Below are positions 1 through 13,562 of a DNA stretch of 64,000 nt, in pieces; positions within the stretch are counted from its first letter, which is position 1, and every line of letters starts with the position of its first letter. The position numbers and the translations under genes were made by a program. The stretch spans positions 7,290,043-7,354,042 of the forward strand of contig CM082593.2 of assembly GCA_040954595.2 (NCBI GenBank), given 5' to 3'. This stretch comes from Balanoglossus misakiensis. Its lineage: Eukaryota > Animalia > Hemichordata. Under the pieces are notes generated by a model. That model saw only the letters and a program-made list of their open reading frames with translations, was not told the DNA's origin and ran no database searches.

Positions 1-1024
1 AGATTTGGTCTTTAGTCACGTTGACAAATCTTTTCATTGTTGATATTTGTACACTTTTTGTCTGAGCCAACATCGACATATTGGCAACAATTCTTGGGAT
101 TTGTGAACCTTTTTTTAAAAACATTCTAGCTTTCCGAAAATCAACGGTAATACTAATGGGGCACGTCAAAGACATGACAGCCGTGCTTTCCTGACCACGT
201 GCTTGTAGCAGTCTGCTAGGGGGTCGATCTCACTGGATAATCGTCACCCATTGTTTTCGAAGTAGATGGCATTGACAAGTTGACGTTTCCGCTTTGCTTG
301 CCACAGATGGTTATGTGAATGGCACTGCGTGGGTAGGTGCTCCTGCAATCATATCTCCCCAGGCTGGACAGGACACGGAATACTAGCGTGATGAAATCAT
401 TCAATTCCCCTATCCCAGGATAATTTGAAACCCGCACACGTAATATTGGTTTACGTGGTGATTGTAATTTGCCGGAGACAATTGCCAGCCAATTTCGTCG
501 GGTATAAGAGGGCGAACCGAAAAAGGTCGCGTCAGGACTTTTTTACGATCGTTTGAAATGGCCATGTTTTAATTGAACGTTGTCAAGCGTTGAATTGTGC
601 GAAAATAGCGCACAAAATAATGTAATATCGACGGTTGCTTGTCGTGGTGATGAAACCATGACGCCAATCATATTTGCGTTCAAACCACAGTCCCCGTGGC
701 GGAAGTCCGCGCTGAAACCGTCTCGTTAGGCACAGGCTATGCCGCGGTAATGAGCCAGTGCCGCCAATTATATTTCCGCTCAAACGTGCGTTTAGTGGTG
801 TGACGCAGTCGTGAATACACTTTGGATTTTACACATCCAGCAAAACATCAGTATCATAGCGTAATAATAGTCAAACTGCTCCAGTGACGGATTTCCAAAT
901 AAGGGTCCAATGATAACTCTCCTCTCTCAGTAACCTCAGGCAGTATTCTTACTCATGCATGTGAAGACATCTGACCAGAAAAAAATCTCTTCCGTGAATA
1001 GAAGCGTCCCTTCTCCATGATCAA

Positions 1025-1080
1025 CTGACTGACTAACGAACCAACCAACCGACCAACCAACCAACTAACTTACCAACCAT
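1025..1080. repeat. Degenerate (ACYR)n tetranucleotide microsatellite
   Basis: actgactgactaacgaaccaaccaaccgaccaaccaacc. Confidence 0.75.
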
Positions 1081-2825
1081 GCCATCTAACTATCTTACTC
1101 ACTACGACCGGCCAATTCAATTAAAGTCAAAACCAGAGCAACATTCTCAACATATTAAAGTAAACAAAAACAAACAACACAGGCCTAAGTCAACTACGTA
1201 AAATCTTAACAAATTAGTTATGTTGAAAGAATGAGCAGATGACGCTGTCCATACGACACCTGCCTTATAAACGTGTAAAATCAAAACAACAGGAAGAGGT
1301 CATGTGATGAAGGTAATCGTCCCTGATTTAATTGGGGTCATTTTTCTCCGAGATACATCCACTCATGCGCAATATATACCCCTAACTGCATTTGAGACAT
1401 TTAGTATGTTTTCTGTGGTAGACAGAGATTCTGCGCTTGCATGGTCCTTGCGTACAAAATTGTGTCAGAGTTATTTATGTCAGTAGAACATTGCTATATT
1501 TTTCAAAAAAGAAAATCCTAGTATTAATTACAAATCCGATCATATTTGACAAAAAAGAACATAGGACATATCAGGTAGTGCATCCATATGCAGAGTGTCA
1601 GAAAGACAGTCAAACACAGTGACAAAGACATAAGAGTGAAAAAAAGAAAGAGATGACGATGGTGATGACGACGGCGCCGATGAAGAAGGCAAGAAACTAG
1701 GTTCTGTTTGATCAGCACTTCAGCGTTCCACCCATTCGCAAACCTCTGTACTATTTTCGGTTTTATCGCTTTGAAGTGTACATATATGTATACAGGTCTC
1801 TAAGAAGTATATCGTGACGTATTCACTCACGTTGGCGAACTTTAAATAGAACCACGACGTCGAGCAGTTTGTTCAGTTCTAGGTTATAATAGTGCCACAT
1901 TTTACAGCTAAATCGATGTCACTGGCGGTTGTGTGTAGCTGAGAATGATGATGGGTATCACAGTAGATGTAATCGGCCATGGCAGTTTTGTACTAATGTC
2001 CTGTCTGTATGCATTTTACAAATATTGAAAAATACAAGCACTTTTGACGTCACGTCGTCTGGTCTTTTTTCATCCAAAAACCATCCAACCCAATGACCTA
2101 GAAGACAGTGATGTGATGGATAGAATTATGCATTTCGATAGCTTGCCTTTGTATCCATCATGCTCGGAATTTTAAGCAGCGAACACGGTGCCAATCTAAT
2201 GCTTGAGCAAAGATGTGCAAACTCTTAAATAGTACAGAACTCGTTTACTTTTCAAATGCTAGAAATATTCACAGTTTTATTAGTGAAGCGTGCGCTGGGA
2301 GTTGGTCTATTAAATAGAGATGCATTTATTCATTGCTAACAGTCGGTTGTATGATTTTTACTGCTGGCGTGGGATTTCTTTTTATTGGCAAAGCTATTTC
2401 TCTGATGAATATCGGCGTCTTGCTATGACGACACAATTTCTGATGTTCCGAGCGCATTCTTAGCTCCATGGTAGTAAACACACGCGTTGTTGCTTTGAAA
2501 ACGGAGCAATGTACTTTCCTAGCTGAGTGAATTCAACGGGGCACCCAGACCCCTGTGCAGTTATTCCTCTGAATTTTTACAACTTCCCTGTTTGCGTTTT
2601 CAAAATATTTTATGGTGCCATTCAGCCATCCCCATCTCTGGCGCTGTGACTGTGCCTGTTGGTGCTACTTTACGGGGTGGTTTTCTGAAGTTCTAGGAAG
2701 ACCTATCGATTTTGAAAGCGACGATGCTGAAAATATGGGAATTTAGCACGTTAACACTATTAATTAAAGCATCTTTTGAGATAAGAAAATGCCATAAGAA
2801 TTATTAAGTTGGTAAAACTAGTACC

Positions 2826-2906
2826 GTACACTTAATTTGAGACTGTTTCAAAATTTGTACACTTAATTTGAGACTGTTTCAAAATTTGTACACTTAACTT
2901 GAGACT
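2826..2906. repeat. 31-bp minisatellite, ~2.6 copies
   Basis: GTACACTTAATTTGAGACTGTTTCAAAATTT at 2826, 2857 and 2888 (partial). Confidence 0.9.
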
Positions 2907-5900
2907 ATTATTAATTTATTATTAATGTGTCTTTGATGAATACTTGTTTTTTGTTGCATACAATTCGCCTCTCATGAATCAATGTAACTGGTGACAGCAT
3001 TCGAACGTAATCGAAACGTATACACCTTTTCAGACTATTAAACGTGACCTTCTGTTTCGGCGCGGAATGATACGCGGGAACAGCAAGTCGTTCGCTCCAT
3101 TTAATGAAAAAAGATGTCGATATTTGGTCGAGCAAGCTGGATTGAATTGACTGCACAGTATATGATTACTCGAAGAAAACCGTAATGGTCTCCTCTTTTT
3201 GACGTCCGCTCGCCGCTATTTTTAGAGTCCACCTCCAGGTATATTATATTATACATGGATAATCTCAGAAGATTCGCATTTTGCTGATGGGCAATTTTTA
3301 CCTAGTTAAGGTCGCTATTATCTGCCTCAAAGACTCCACAGCGCACAAACGTAACAGACCCATTTCATTAGCAATTAATTTCTTCGCTAGCGTATCAACT
3401 TATCAATTATCCGTTGAATTCAAAAGAGTTCCAGTTTTTTTATCAAACTAAATTATTTAATGTTCTTGGATGGTTTCCACTGAATGAAAGGAGAATCATC
3501 TATGAAGTCATAGCTCATTTTCTCTGTAGTCATCAACCGTGTTTGGAAAAGTATTGCGATGCTTCAAAAACACCAATCATATACGTCACACTGTAGTGGG
3601 CGTATCTCAGTGTACCCATGATCACGTGACTCCCACAAGCGTGCCAAGTGAAAATCTGTGATTGGTTTGTGTAGATAGAAGCATATAGGTCATCCTGTGC
3701 CCTTCAAATGATACTTCATCGCCGATATACACGAGAAAAGGAAATCCCAATAGGCCATTTTCCGAAGTCCACGAGAACCTGCGAGATCTCGCGGGATGGC
3801 ATTCTCATGTGACACAAGACATACAAGACATGGTCCATCGTGTTAACCATACAAAAGTCTGTACCTATCTAGTTTCTCACAAATAATGACCCGTTGCTAC
3901 GGTAATTAACCAAATCTAGCGACATCTCGTAATGAGAGGAAAATCATACTAGTATCCGAGTCCGTTCCTAACTTGATAAATAAATCGTAAATCTCTCGGA
4001 GCACTGACACGTAGGCCTATAAGCAAAGAGTTTATGACGTGCAGCGTGATGTATGAAAATTCATGTAGGTGGCCGTGACACACAGCAGGACGTAACGGAA
4101 TGATGCCCGTTGAAAGTGTGTGTGTCACGCGGCCAGCACTCCACACATCATTTGCCGACAAAAATAATGTCGATGTTATAACACAAGCAGTTTGATCATC
4201 CACTATCGACAAAATAACACTGATGGCTAAATCATGGTGTTCAATCTTCAATGCAGAAAAAAATTAGTTTACTTTGGGAACTCGCAAATAACTTTAGTTT
4301 CGCAGCAAAACATATTTATTTAATTTTGATGAATATCGTGGCATGTGTCCACTTGGCCTAGCGCGTTGTCCAATTATAATACTAATTTGCTATACCTCAT
4401 TAGGTTTAGTGAATTCCTAGCTAAACGCCATACGCTTGCCGTCCGCGCTCTTTCTGGGCGATGGAAGCACATGCACAGTATAACTGTGTTGACTATAAAA
4501 CTGCAGCAAAAGTGGAACGACTTTCGACACTTGGACAGAGAAACATTTCCGTACGCGTGCAGACAAATGTGGTCTAAGTCCCGTGATCGGCATCACGAGA
4601 TTTCCGCGAAAGCCCCGGCTTTCATTCTGGAGTTAATGGATATCAGCAATGACAAGTACATGTATAGACATGCGCTAAGAGTATTCGATCGCTCGATCGG
4701 ATCTTGAAACGCAATACGTTGTTTCGTCGACGTCGATAATGAAAGCGGATACGGACTGGAAGTCGTGTCTCCGGCGAATCAACCCCTGTTTCCGTTCAAA
4801 TCCCCGACAAAATTGATGATCTGTAAAAATGTGCAGACGGTATACGTTCTCCGCGCGGATTCTATAGGCCTAATGGTTGCGACTTATAAAGTAAAGGTAA
4901 ACACAGGTTGGCTGGGTACCGGGTATCGCCCTGACGTCGTCGTTTTTTTCAAACCCCTCATGGTAGTACGTCCGCCATATTTAATTTGGATATTAAAATA
5001 AATGCAAGTGAAACTCAGACTTTGTCTGAAAGATAGCATCTGTCTTGTGTTGCCTCGTTTGTTCTGATACCATCTACAGTTTATCTGATGTCGTCTAATT
5101 CTACCGTGAAGTTCCATTTTCTAAAGCCTTATATGCTATCAGCCTATCTAATCGTAGTACAAAACAAAACTGATGAATTTATTTGTCTGTTTGTTTGTTT
5201 CCTTGTTAGAAGTAAACAGTTGCCACAATTTGAACAAAAAGGGTATACGTAATTCACACGACCAAAGGCAATTTAAAGTAATATTAACATAACGTGACCG
5301 ATTGGTGCATTTCATTAATTGTGTCATTTATGTATTGATCAGGTTTATTCGTTTGCTACATTTAGAATCGGAGGTATAGATCCATTTACTAGTTGAACAA
5401 GTAATTTTCATCGGGCTCAATTAATTTTGCGCGTCACGCTTCCTATAGGGCATTTTGTACAACTGGATGCATTTCACATCAAGAAATGAAAGTACAATGG
5501 GTGAATTCGAAGACAGGACTTTTGCTGATACGATTCTCGCTGAGAATAAAAAGTCGTAAGATTAACCCCGCGACCTGCACCGTGTCCCTTTAAATTAGGA
5601 ATAACAAATTGAATTCTGAGGGCATATCATTTAAGCCGTCGCAATAAATCATCGTATTTTCAAGGAAATCTCCTTAACTTGTTTATAACGCTGATAGCCA
5701 TAAAGTCGATTTGTACTTATGGCGTGCGTGATATTTCAGCCGCGAATTAAAACACACCACAGTAGATTTTCTGATCGGAAAAAAGTTTCCCTATCATGCG
5801 TACAGTTTGCGAAGATTCGCTTGTTCAGCCTGAGGGATTTTGTTGCATTATTGATGTCGGTTATTCACTCAGTATGTCTGGGTTTGTGACGTCACACGTT

Positions 5901-8070
5901 GCATCCATAAATTAGCATGTCATTAACTCTGAAAGTTGCTGCATTGTAAGAACATTTCTGTCGACAAATACTATTAAGAACTTTTGAACATAAATTGTTC
6001 TACATTTCGGGTTACATCGGTAACTGGTAGATTGAACAATAATGGTCCTATATGATATAGGCCTACGCCACTTTTGTACACGGCAGTATGGTGAAATTGT
6101 TCAGGGTCGGGGGAAAAGATTGCCAATAACAATAACAAGTCTAGTCATTAGTCGTCTGTCTGCAATAGGTAACTCGTTTTAGTTTAGTTATTGATATCAA
6201 CAGATCATGTGTTGTTCAATTATGAATTGCATGCATCGCCATCATGTACAATGCATGTACAATCAATCAGCTAATATAAGTATCAACGGTTCTGCAAAAT
6301 GTCATTTTACTGGTAATATTTTTTTGTACAGCAACGATACCACGCATTATTCAGAACCCAGTTATTGCCTGGAATGATGGCAAGAACGTCGCGGTAATAA
6401 CCGCTGATCTGATAAGATGGGTTTGCGCCGTCTACTCAAGTCACGTGGCTGGCCTAATGGCGATACTGATCAACCAGGGAAAACGTACAAACACATATAG
6501 AGAGCTTGATGTATGTTTCCCGTGACTAGATGCTCCGATTAGACTCGTCTCGCAGTCTCGATACACAGAAATCTTGGTAGATTATGGCGGGAATTTTCTC
6601 GCTAGATGTTTTATTGTTATTACTATTACCAACAAAGGGTGTTATCAGTAAATGGGGTCTGGGCGTTGGCAGTGTAATAAGCTGAGGATGCCACTGTGAC
6701 GAATCTTTTCTGCGTAAAATAAATTCCATTTCACACTCCTGATTTCCAGAATTCAGTAGACAGATCTTCACATTCGAGAAGGTAGTGAGAAGATTGTTAT
6801 CGCAGCTAAACTACTGCACGGCCAAACGGCGAGATGCACGCGACAATTTCTGCTAAAATTGTTTCTTTTGGCCATAATCGTGATTATTTTCACCTTATAC
6901 CCAGTCACCACATTCTCGCCAACCTTCATGTTGGGTTTCAGCCGAAAAACACGACGTCATGTGGCCTTCAGAGATCTGCTTGCCAAGTCCCACATCCGGG
7001 TCCTTCACGCATGTACAAGCATCCGTTAGTTCATTGTACGAGTAGGTTTTGATATTCGGTGAATTACTCGCGAGTCGGAGTGTATGCACCATTAGAGCGT
7101 GAACACCGATGCGCTTTCCTCCTTAGCGACGCGCGTGTCTCACACACTTGTGGAATTCTGTAATAAACTCTACGCTTGAACAAGAGTCGATTAAGCACGA
7201 ATCATCAAATGTTAGAACAGTGAAGTGGACTCGCTGTGGCTACAAAAAATATTGACCGAGTCCAGAACGATTCAACAAATGTACTCGAATTTGTGTTTAA
7301 CCGTGGCAACAGTCGGTTTGGGTTTTGCATGTTACCCAAAAACAACTGCATATTACCCCCAAAGTATAGCAAATAAACCAAAAATAATTCCATTCTACAC
7401 AAATCTGAAACATTTGCCTACCAGCCGCTAATTTTTGTTCCATTTTCTTGAATTACCCAATCTACGTTTGCCAACACTGAAGCGGGATATTTTTTTGTTA
7501 CCGCGTCGACTGCCATCGTCAACAAAATATAAAATAATGGATTTACTAGGTTGGCTGCACATGTTATAAATCGCACAGACATTTGAATATGTCATTATAG
7601 ACGCTTATACATGTAAGTACCAAATCGAGCACTTTTGGTGTGGGTGTACTGGCAGACCGTGTTCTTAATGAGAATTAATCTAACTTCCGAAAGGTCAACG
7701 CTCAAGCTATGGTATTGGATACACCACTGGCCTATATGCAAATGATATTGGCACAAACAAAGTCATTCCAGATTCGAAGATTAAACGCGGTTAGTCTATG
7801 TCTGTGGCGGGTCAAATAGGTCGTGAGTGAACACAACTTTAAGTAATTACATGTACCTTGACTAATGTCATCAGAGTTCGACTCAAGGTATCTTGAATTG
7901 GCGAAGAGTTGCAGTCTCTTCCTCCAATTTAAAGATGGCGTCGGTGGCTGCCATTTTGTGGCCAGTGTGTTTACTGGGGGTTCATCGTGGACGTCAGTCA
8001 CACTAGAATTTTGAAGAGTTGCGCAAAATATGACGTCACAAGTCCAACGAGTCACAATTGGCCCAAAAGC

Positions 8071-8415
8071 AAAACTAGAACATAACAGTTTTCAACAAAT
8101 AAGACGTAGTCGTCACAAAAATCTCGATAATTTGCCTCCATATAAACAAATAACGCATATCATGAATATGTTGATCTTCGATAACCTCATTAATATGCAA
8201 GCCACGCCCACAAAAATCCAGTTAGTTCTTGCTACTCTAAAACGGTATCTGCCCACCAAATTTTGTTCAAATCTGCAGAGCGATTCTTAAGATATTTATA
8301 ACACAGATAAACAATCAAACAAACAAACAGGCAGGTATAGACAGACAGACAGACGAAAGGTTTCACGAAGAAATGACTACTTCAGCACACATCAAACCGT
8401 GCACTTTGAGATAAT
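8071..8415 (+). mobile_element. Possible DINE-1/HINE (Helentron-derived) non-autonomous element
   Basis: AAAACTAGA start, CCAAATTTTGTTCAAATC core and (ACAA/ACAG)n microsatellite near the 3' end resemble this class; no search performed. Confidence 0.35.
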
Positions 8416-9277
8416 CTATTGATTATCCATCACGGGTAGACAACGCAGTATTCTTGTCTTGATGTTTATAGGACCCCGGTTTGTATTTCCCTTCAAGTAA
8501 TAATAAATGCACACAAATATCATGCAAGCCCTGACTATGGACGTGTGATATATTGTTTTGGGCGATTTTCCAACTGATTGGAATGCCAGACACGTATGCA
8601 AATACAGTCTCCATCCATTTAACTTAATCCCAGTCGTGGTCATTTTACAAACATTTCCAAGTCGTGGATCATGAGTTATACTAAAAAGTAATAAGGGTAT
8701 ATTCAATCGTGATTGCATTTTTTTCTCTCGTTTCCCAACAAACGTTAAATGCACCGTTTGCGTAATTGCGCATTATTGTATGCGCAGCGGTTCTTTATTT
8801 TTTATATTTCTCTTTCAAATGGCAATGGAGGAAATTCGATATACCTTCACAGCATTTACAGTGATTGAGGTTTTCCGAACACTTATGACGTGTCTGAATG
8901 GCGATCGAATGTTACAGTGTGAAATGAGAGTGTGACCCAACTCAAATACTGTTCCAAACAATGTACTTCCAGCGCTAATTGCCTTTTTTCTGTTACTTCC
9001 TTAATTACGTGTTTGAAACCATGCAGCTAGCGGAGACATTGAAATCTATAGCTGGTTTGCTTCATTTTGCAGAGTCCACACACGACTCACGAAATTCAAT
9101 TTCGATTATCGTTTCCTTGTCTCCGACAGATTCTGTTTACCGACAGTGAATTGCAGGCAGAGGGCGATACAGGCAATTATCTTTTCGTTTAGGCAAAGTA
9201 ATAGCCTCGTCTGGCGCGCACACGCGTTACAAACTGCATTATCCGAGTGGAAATTTGTGCTCCCTTTTGCACTAGTC

Positions 9278-9422
9278 ACCCCCGGGGGATTCGAAGAGGC
9301 CGCTTGTCTTCACAGCCTATTTCCCGCGCTTTTGCTAATGACCTACCTAACCCCCGAGGGATTCGAAGAGGCTGCCTTTCTTCACAGCCTATTTCCCGCG
9401 CCTTTGCTAATGACCTACCTAA
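9278..9422. repeat. Tandem duplication, ~72-bp unit x2
   Basis: ACCCCCGRGGGATTCGAAGAGGC...GCTAATGACCTACCTAA occurs twice with a few differences. Confidence 0.9.
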
Positions 9423-10282
9423 ACGTCGTTAACGCTGGCAACCTTGAACGAAAATGTCCTGGTGCCGTAATGAACGGTTTGTTATAATCCCATGACTTTC
9501 AAATCGCGTTGCAGTCTACACATTAGACACTATCGCATTTGCCCTATATGCATGATAGGGTGGGGGGGGGGTAATTTCATCGCGAGATTCGCCCCTGGGA
9601 GAGTTGTATGGGTATGAAACAACGCATGCGCATGCAATGGATGAATTGGCCGAATTTATCTACATACATGGACATATGTGTATTCACTTACTGTACAAAT
9701 CATTGATTCTCCATTTTAGTCATTTGCTAGCTGACCCTTCACCCCATGGCATAGCAACAAGCACAATCCTGTCTAATACCTTGTAAACGCGTAGCGATTT
9801 CTATATATCTGATTTGTCTCTATAGCGTCCGGTTTACAAGACAGCAAACCTCACACTTTTTGCGGGTTGAATTTCAGAGGTCGATGATGCGACGCATGCG
9901 CCAATTTGACCTGTTGGCCTTTGATACAATTATAACAGTATCAGCCATACATTTACATGTTGGCCCGGATTTCTCACGTTGAAGTAATTAGGCGCTAATT
10001 TTCAATTTCCCCCGCACATGCGAGCAAATATCAGTACAACTAGAAACACAGATAAAGATTAATAGCGATGGCATAGCAACTACTATCGGCAGCGCAGGTG
10101 AGAGCAATCTCAATGTACTCGCACTCGCCGTTCATGTGTTGACAGCTAAGCTATTATTCAATTTCCCTGTTTTATACATACGAGCCAATTAACTCAAGCT
10201 ATCGAATTTCTCTCGAAGAAAAAACAAGAATTAACCGATATTAACTCTGCCCATGAATGCCATCAACACAACTTAAAACGAT

Positions 10283-10372
10283 CCTTAGAATTCGAGTCAC
10301 AATTCTGTGTAACAATATTGACTTTCCCTTAGAATTTGAGTCACTGTTCTATAGTATAACAATATTGACTTT
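10283..10372. repeat. Imperfect ~45-bp tandem duplication
   Basis: CCTTAGAATTYGAGTCAC...TAACAATATTGACTTT occurs twice. Confidence 0.75.
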
Positions 10373-10556
10373 CTTTTTTGTGTAAAGTACGAGAGAGAGA
10401 GGGAGAGGGGGGGGGGGAGAGATCATGATTATGTTGGAGCGAAGAAAAGTACACCATTAAATCGTATTTTTGTAGAACACCACAATTTAGTTATCTTATT
10501 CAAGATCAATGACGCCGTTAGTCATTGCCAAGGGCATGCCTGGCGTTATCAGCTTA

Positions 10557-10956
10557 GGAAGCTTTCAAATATTACGGGCAGGGAGGGCTGGAGGAATTTT
10601 GGGTTGGGCAGTCACGTAAAATGTTACCCCCACCTACCATATCATGGAAGATACATGTATACCAACATCTACAACATTGTTTAATTTTTTGTTACCTTCA
10701 TCTGGAATAGAAATGCATAGGCTACTACTTGTTGTGTAATGAAACTGTAATCAGTGTTATTAGCTTGGCATCAATTTTTTGGTAGTGGAAAGCGACATTC
10801 CTCACTTGCACAACTGACTGCATTGAGAAGATGCTAATTTTTATTTACTACGAGGTGGAATTTGACATCTCTAATTCAAAATATGACCCTCCCTCTAGGC
10901 CTTGTCAATACAACGTGACTTTACTGCCCTCTACCTCGCTATAACTGAAAGCTCCC
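10557..10956. mobile_element. Diverged Harbinger-type MITE related to 30979-31531
   Basis: TTA|GGAAGCTTTCAAATATTAC ... TATAACTGAAAGCTCCC, with similar G-rich subterminal motifs. Confidence 0.55.
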
Positions 10957-13375
10957 TTCTCATGCACTAGATAAGATGCCGTGAGAAGTACATGCGACTC
11001 GCTACATACATGCCTGAGGTAAATTAAGGACACCTGAATGATCTCGAATAAAATTAGGTCTTTAAGGGCGATCTTATCCGCTGTTTCAAGACATTTAAGC
11101 CCGTCTTAGTTATCAGGTGAAAGGTAATCATTCTAGTGTTTGCTAGTACAGTCTCTTCAGGAAGGTGTTTACGAACGACGTCGGTGCAACATGTCAGATC
11201 CCCGTATGCATCTCACTCTAAAGTCAGAAAAATGTGACGTTCCATCCACACGAACAGTCACAATGCCGCGCGCGCACTCGCACAACACGCCGTAAAACCC
11301 TTCACGTTGTTTGCGGAAAGTTAATGTTAATTTCGGGGGGAATACTTAAGCTTCAACCTGCGTCACGGTGACGTCAAACACCGGTGGATATTCACGCCGA
11401 AAGGCGGAGGTACCTTTCTTACAGCTTTTAATGTAAATAAAAAAAAGGCTCGGGTTGAATGGTAAACTCCGCAGCCAGCGCCGCGAGCTGTGCGCGGAAC
11501 AGCTGTACGCGGAGAGATGCATAATTGTCCCAGGTACAGTCAGAGTTCTGGTCGGATATTGGCGTCCGGGGAGGTGCGTTTGATTTAAAAGCGCGGCCTG
11601 CTTAGCGAAAAGAGGCTACGGAGACTCAATAAGAAATGCAAGCACTGTAGGGAGACACGCTTGTTCATATTTGCCCAGGAACTGAGAGATCTCATTTTTT
11701 GTTGTTGGCAGAAGGGGTCATTACGTTTATAGACACAGGTGTTGGGCGATGATGAAGGCGGTTTGAATTGAGCTGTGCGTCGGCAGTTTGTTTGTGATTA
11801 ATTGCGCTGCATTTAAACAAGGTGCATAAACGCTTGAAAAAAAGTGTTAAATGCGCAATTTCTTAAATAGTCCAGATCCACGACCGATGATAAAGTGGAC
11901 CTCGTCGAACCAGGTCGGGAAACACAAACGCCACTTCAGGTTTGCGTTGCAGTGGGGAAAACATATCCCGAGATTCCTGTCGCGCGAGAAGATCGATGAA
12001 TAAAGATGTATCTTTCTCGCAACGAAATAGGGAAGACAACCCTGCAGTCACGTGACACCCTGCGTATACGCTACAAATACAACCATATGGATCCTCGTAT
12101 TAATGTTAACATCGAGGATTTTTTTTTATTCTTACGTTTCGATACAAAGATTTTAACAATGAATGTCTGTGTAGCATTCTGATAAATCCTTATTTATAAG
12201 CTTATACCTTATAAAGAACAAGTGTTTGCACGTCAAAATTGACACCACGAATTCACAGAACTATTGTATATGTACCTCCGTGACATAAACCATTATGCTC
12301 GTTCGAAGATGACCAGTAAATTCAAGTGCATCGGGAATCCTCGAAAACAAATGTACCATTAATCTTTAAACAACATTTTCGCGAGCACTTCAGGTCGGAT
12401 GACTCTTAGCCTAAGCTGTGGCGACGTTTCTTGATCTCTCCTGTGTACGTCTGTACTTTGAAAACGCATTTCCGTTACATCTCCGAGACAGCGGCGGCCA
12501 ATGAAACAACCACTGTTTCCATTTTCTCGGTCAGTTTCAATTTATGTCTCGCCCCGGGTGAAACAAGCACCATGAAGAGACCTCCTTCGGTGTTTCATCT
12601 TCAATTTAGTGTTTTCGAACGCTAGAATTCACAAAATGGACTTGGTAATAGGATAGTTGGAAGCTATAGGACATTCTTCCATTGGAAACATGGCAGATTC
12701 TATTTATAGAAGAGGGGGGGAAGGGGTTCTCTACGGACGTGACAAACAAACAACATCCAGAACAAATTTCCGAGGACTTGAGTGGCCTCCTCCATTTGAT
12801 GTCTCATATAGTCAGAAATTTTATGTTACGTTGCTTACTGAAATGTGCTGCATTGACTGGACTGTCGATAGAACACCAACCTTACTCTTCATGTGGGCAT
12901 AGTAAATGTGAAACATGACTTATACTTGCCTAGTTTTTGAGTTCATGTCATAAATTGATCGATCTAAGAGGAACATTCTGCCATACAAGCTTTGTACAGT
13001 AACAGTGTGTTGACACAGAAGTGTACCTAGCACGACAGCTGGTGACACTTTGATGCATTTGTACCTTGACCGAATTGCAACGACCTTGTTAAAGTAGTCA
13101 CATTTAAAGAGACTGCTCGAGGTCCAAAGTTAGTTGATTTCCTGTGACTTTAGAATGCTCGATTAGTCACACACAAAAACGAATTTCGTCACGTACGACA
13201 GACAACCACCACCCACGGCAAACGGCAACAACATGGCTACCTACACGCATATATACCTACATTATTATACCCAGCTACATACATACATACAGTGAGATTT
13301 CCCGAGTACATCAACTCTGATGTAGACAGCATTATTTGCGATTAACCCCCAAATCCACCATCTTCTCAATTTCAG

Positions 13376-13562
13376 CCCCACCAATCGCTCTCATTGCCAG
13401 TGTGTCGTCTGCTGTCCTTTTGGTGTGCTTACTTCTGATGTGCGCCCTCTGGAGGATGAAAATACTCAGGAGGGTGAAACTGTTCAACTATCGAGATTCC
13501 GATGAGAAGAGAGTGCTTAGAAGTGCCTTTGGACAGAGTTCCCCCATGGATGGTTGTATCAG
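13376..13562 (+). CDS. SYT15: SYT15-like exon (transmembrane helix)
   Basis: ttcag acceptor, AG|gtatgt donor; hydrophobic helix followed by basic residues RMKILRRVK. Confidence 0.75.

Noticed and set aside
7854-7960. Minus-strand caaaATGGCAGCC start resembling a first exon
   Set aside because: The frame closes after 23 codons, before the nearby donor, and no downstream exons were identified.
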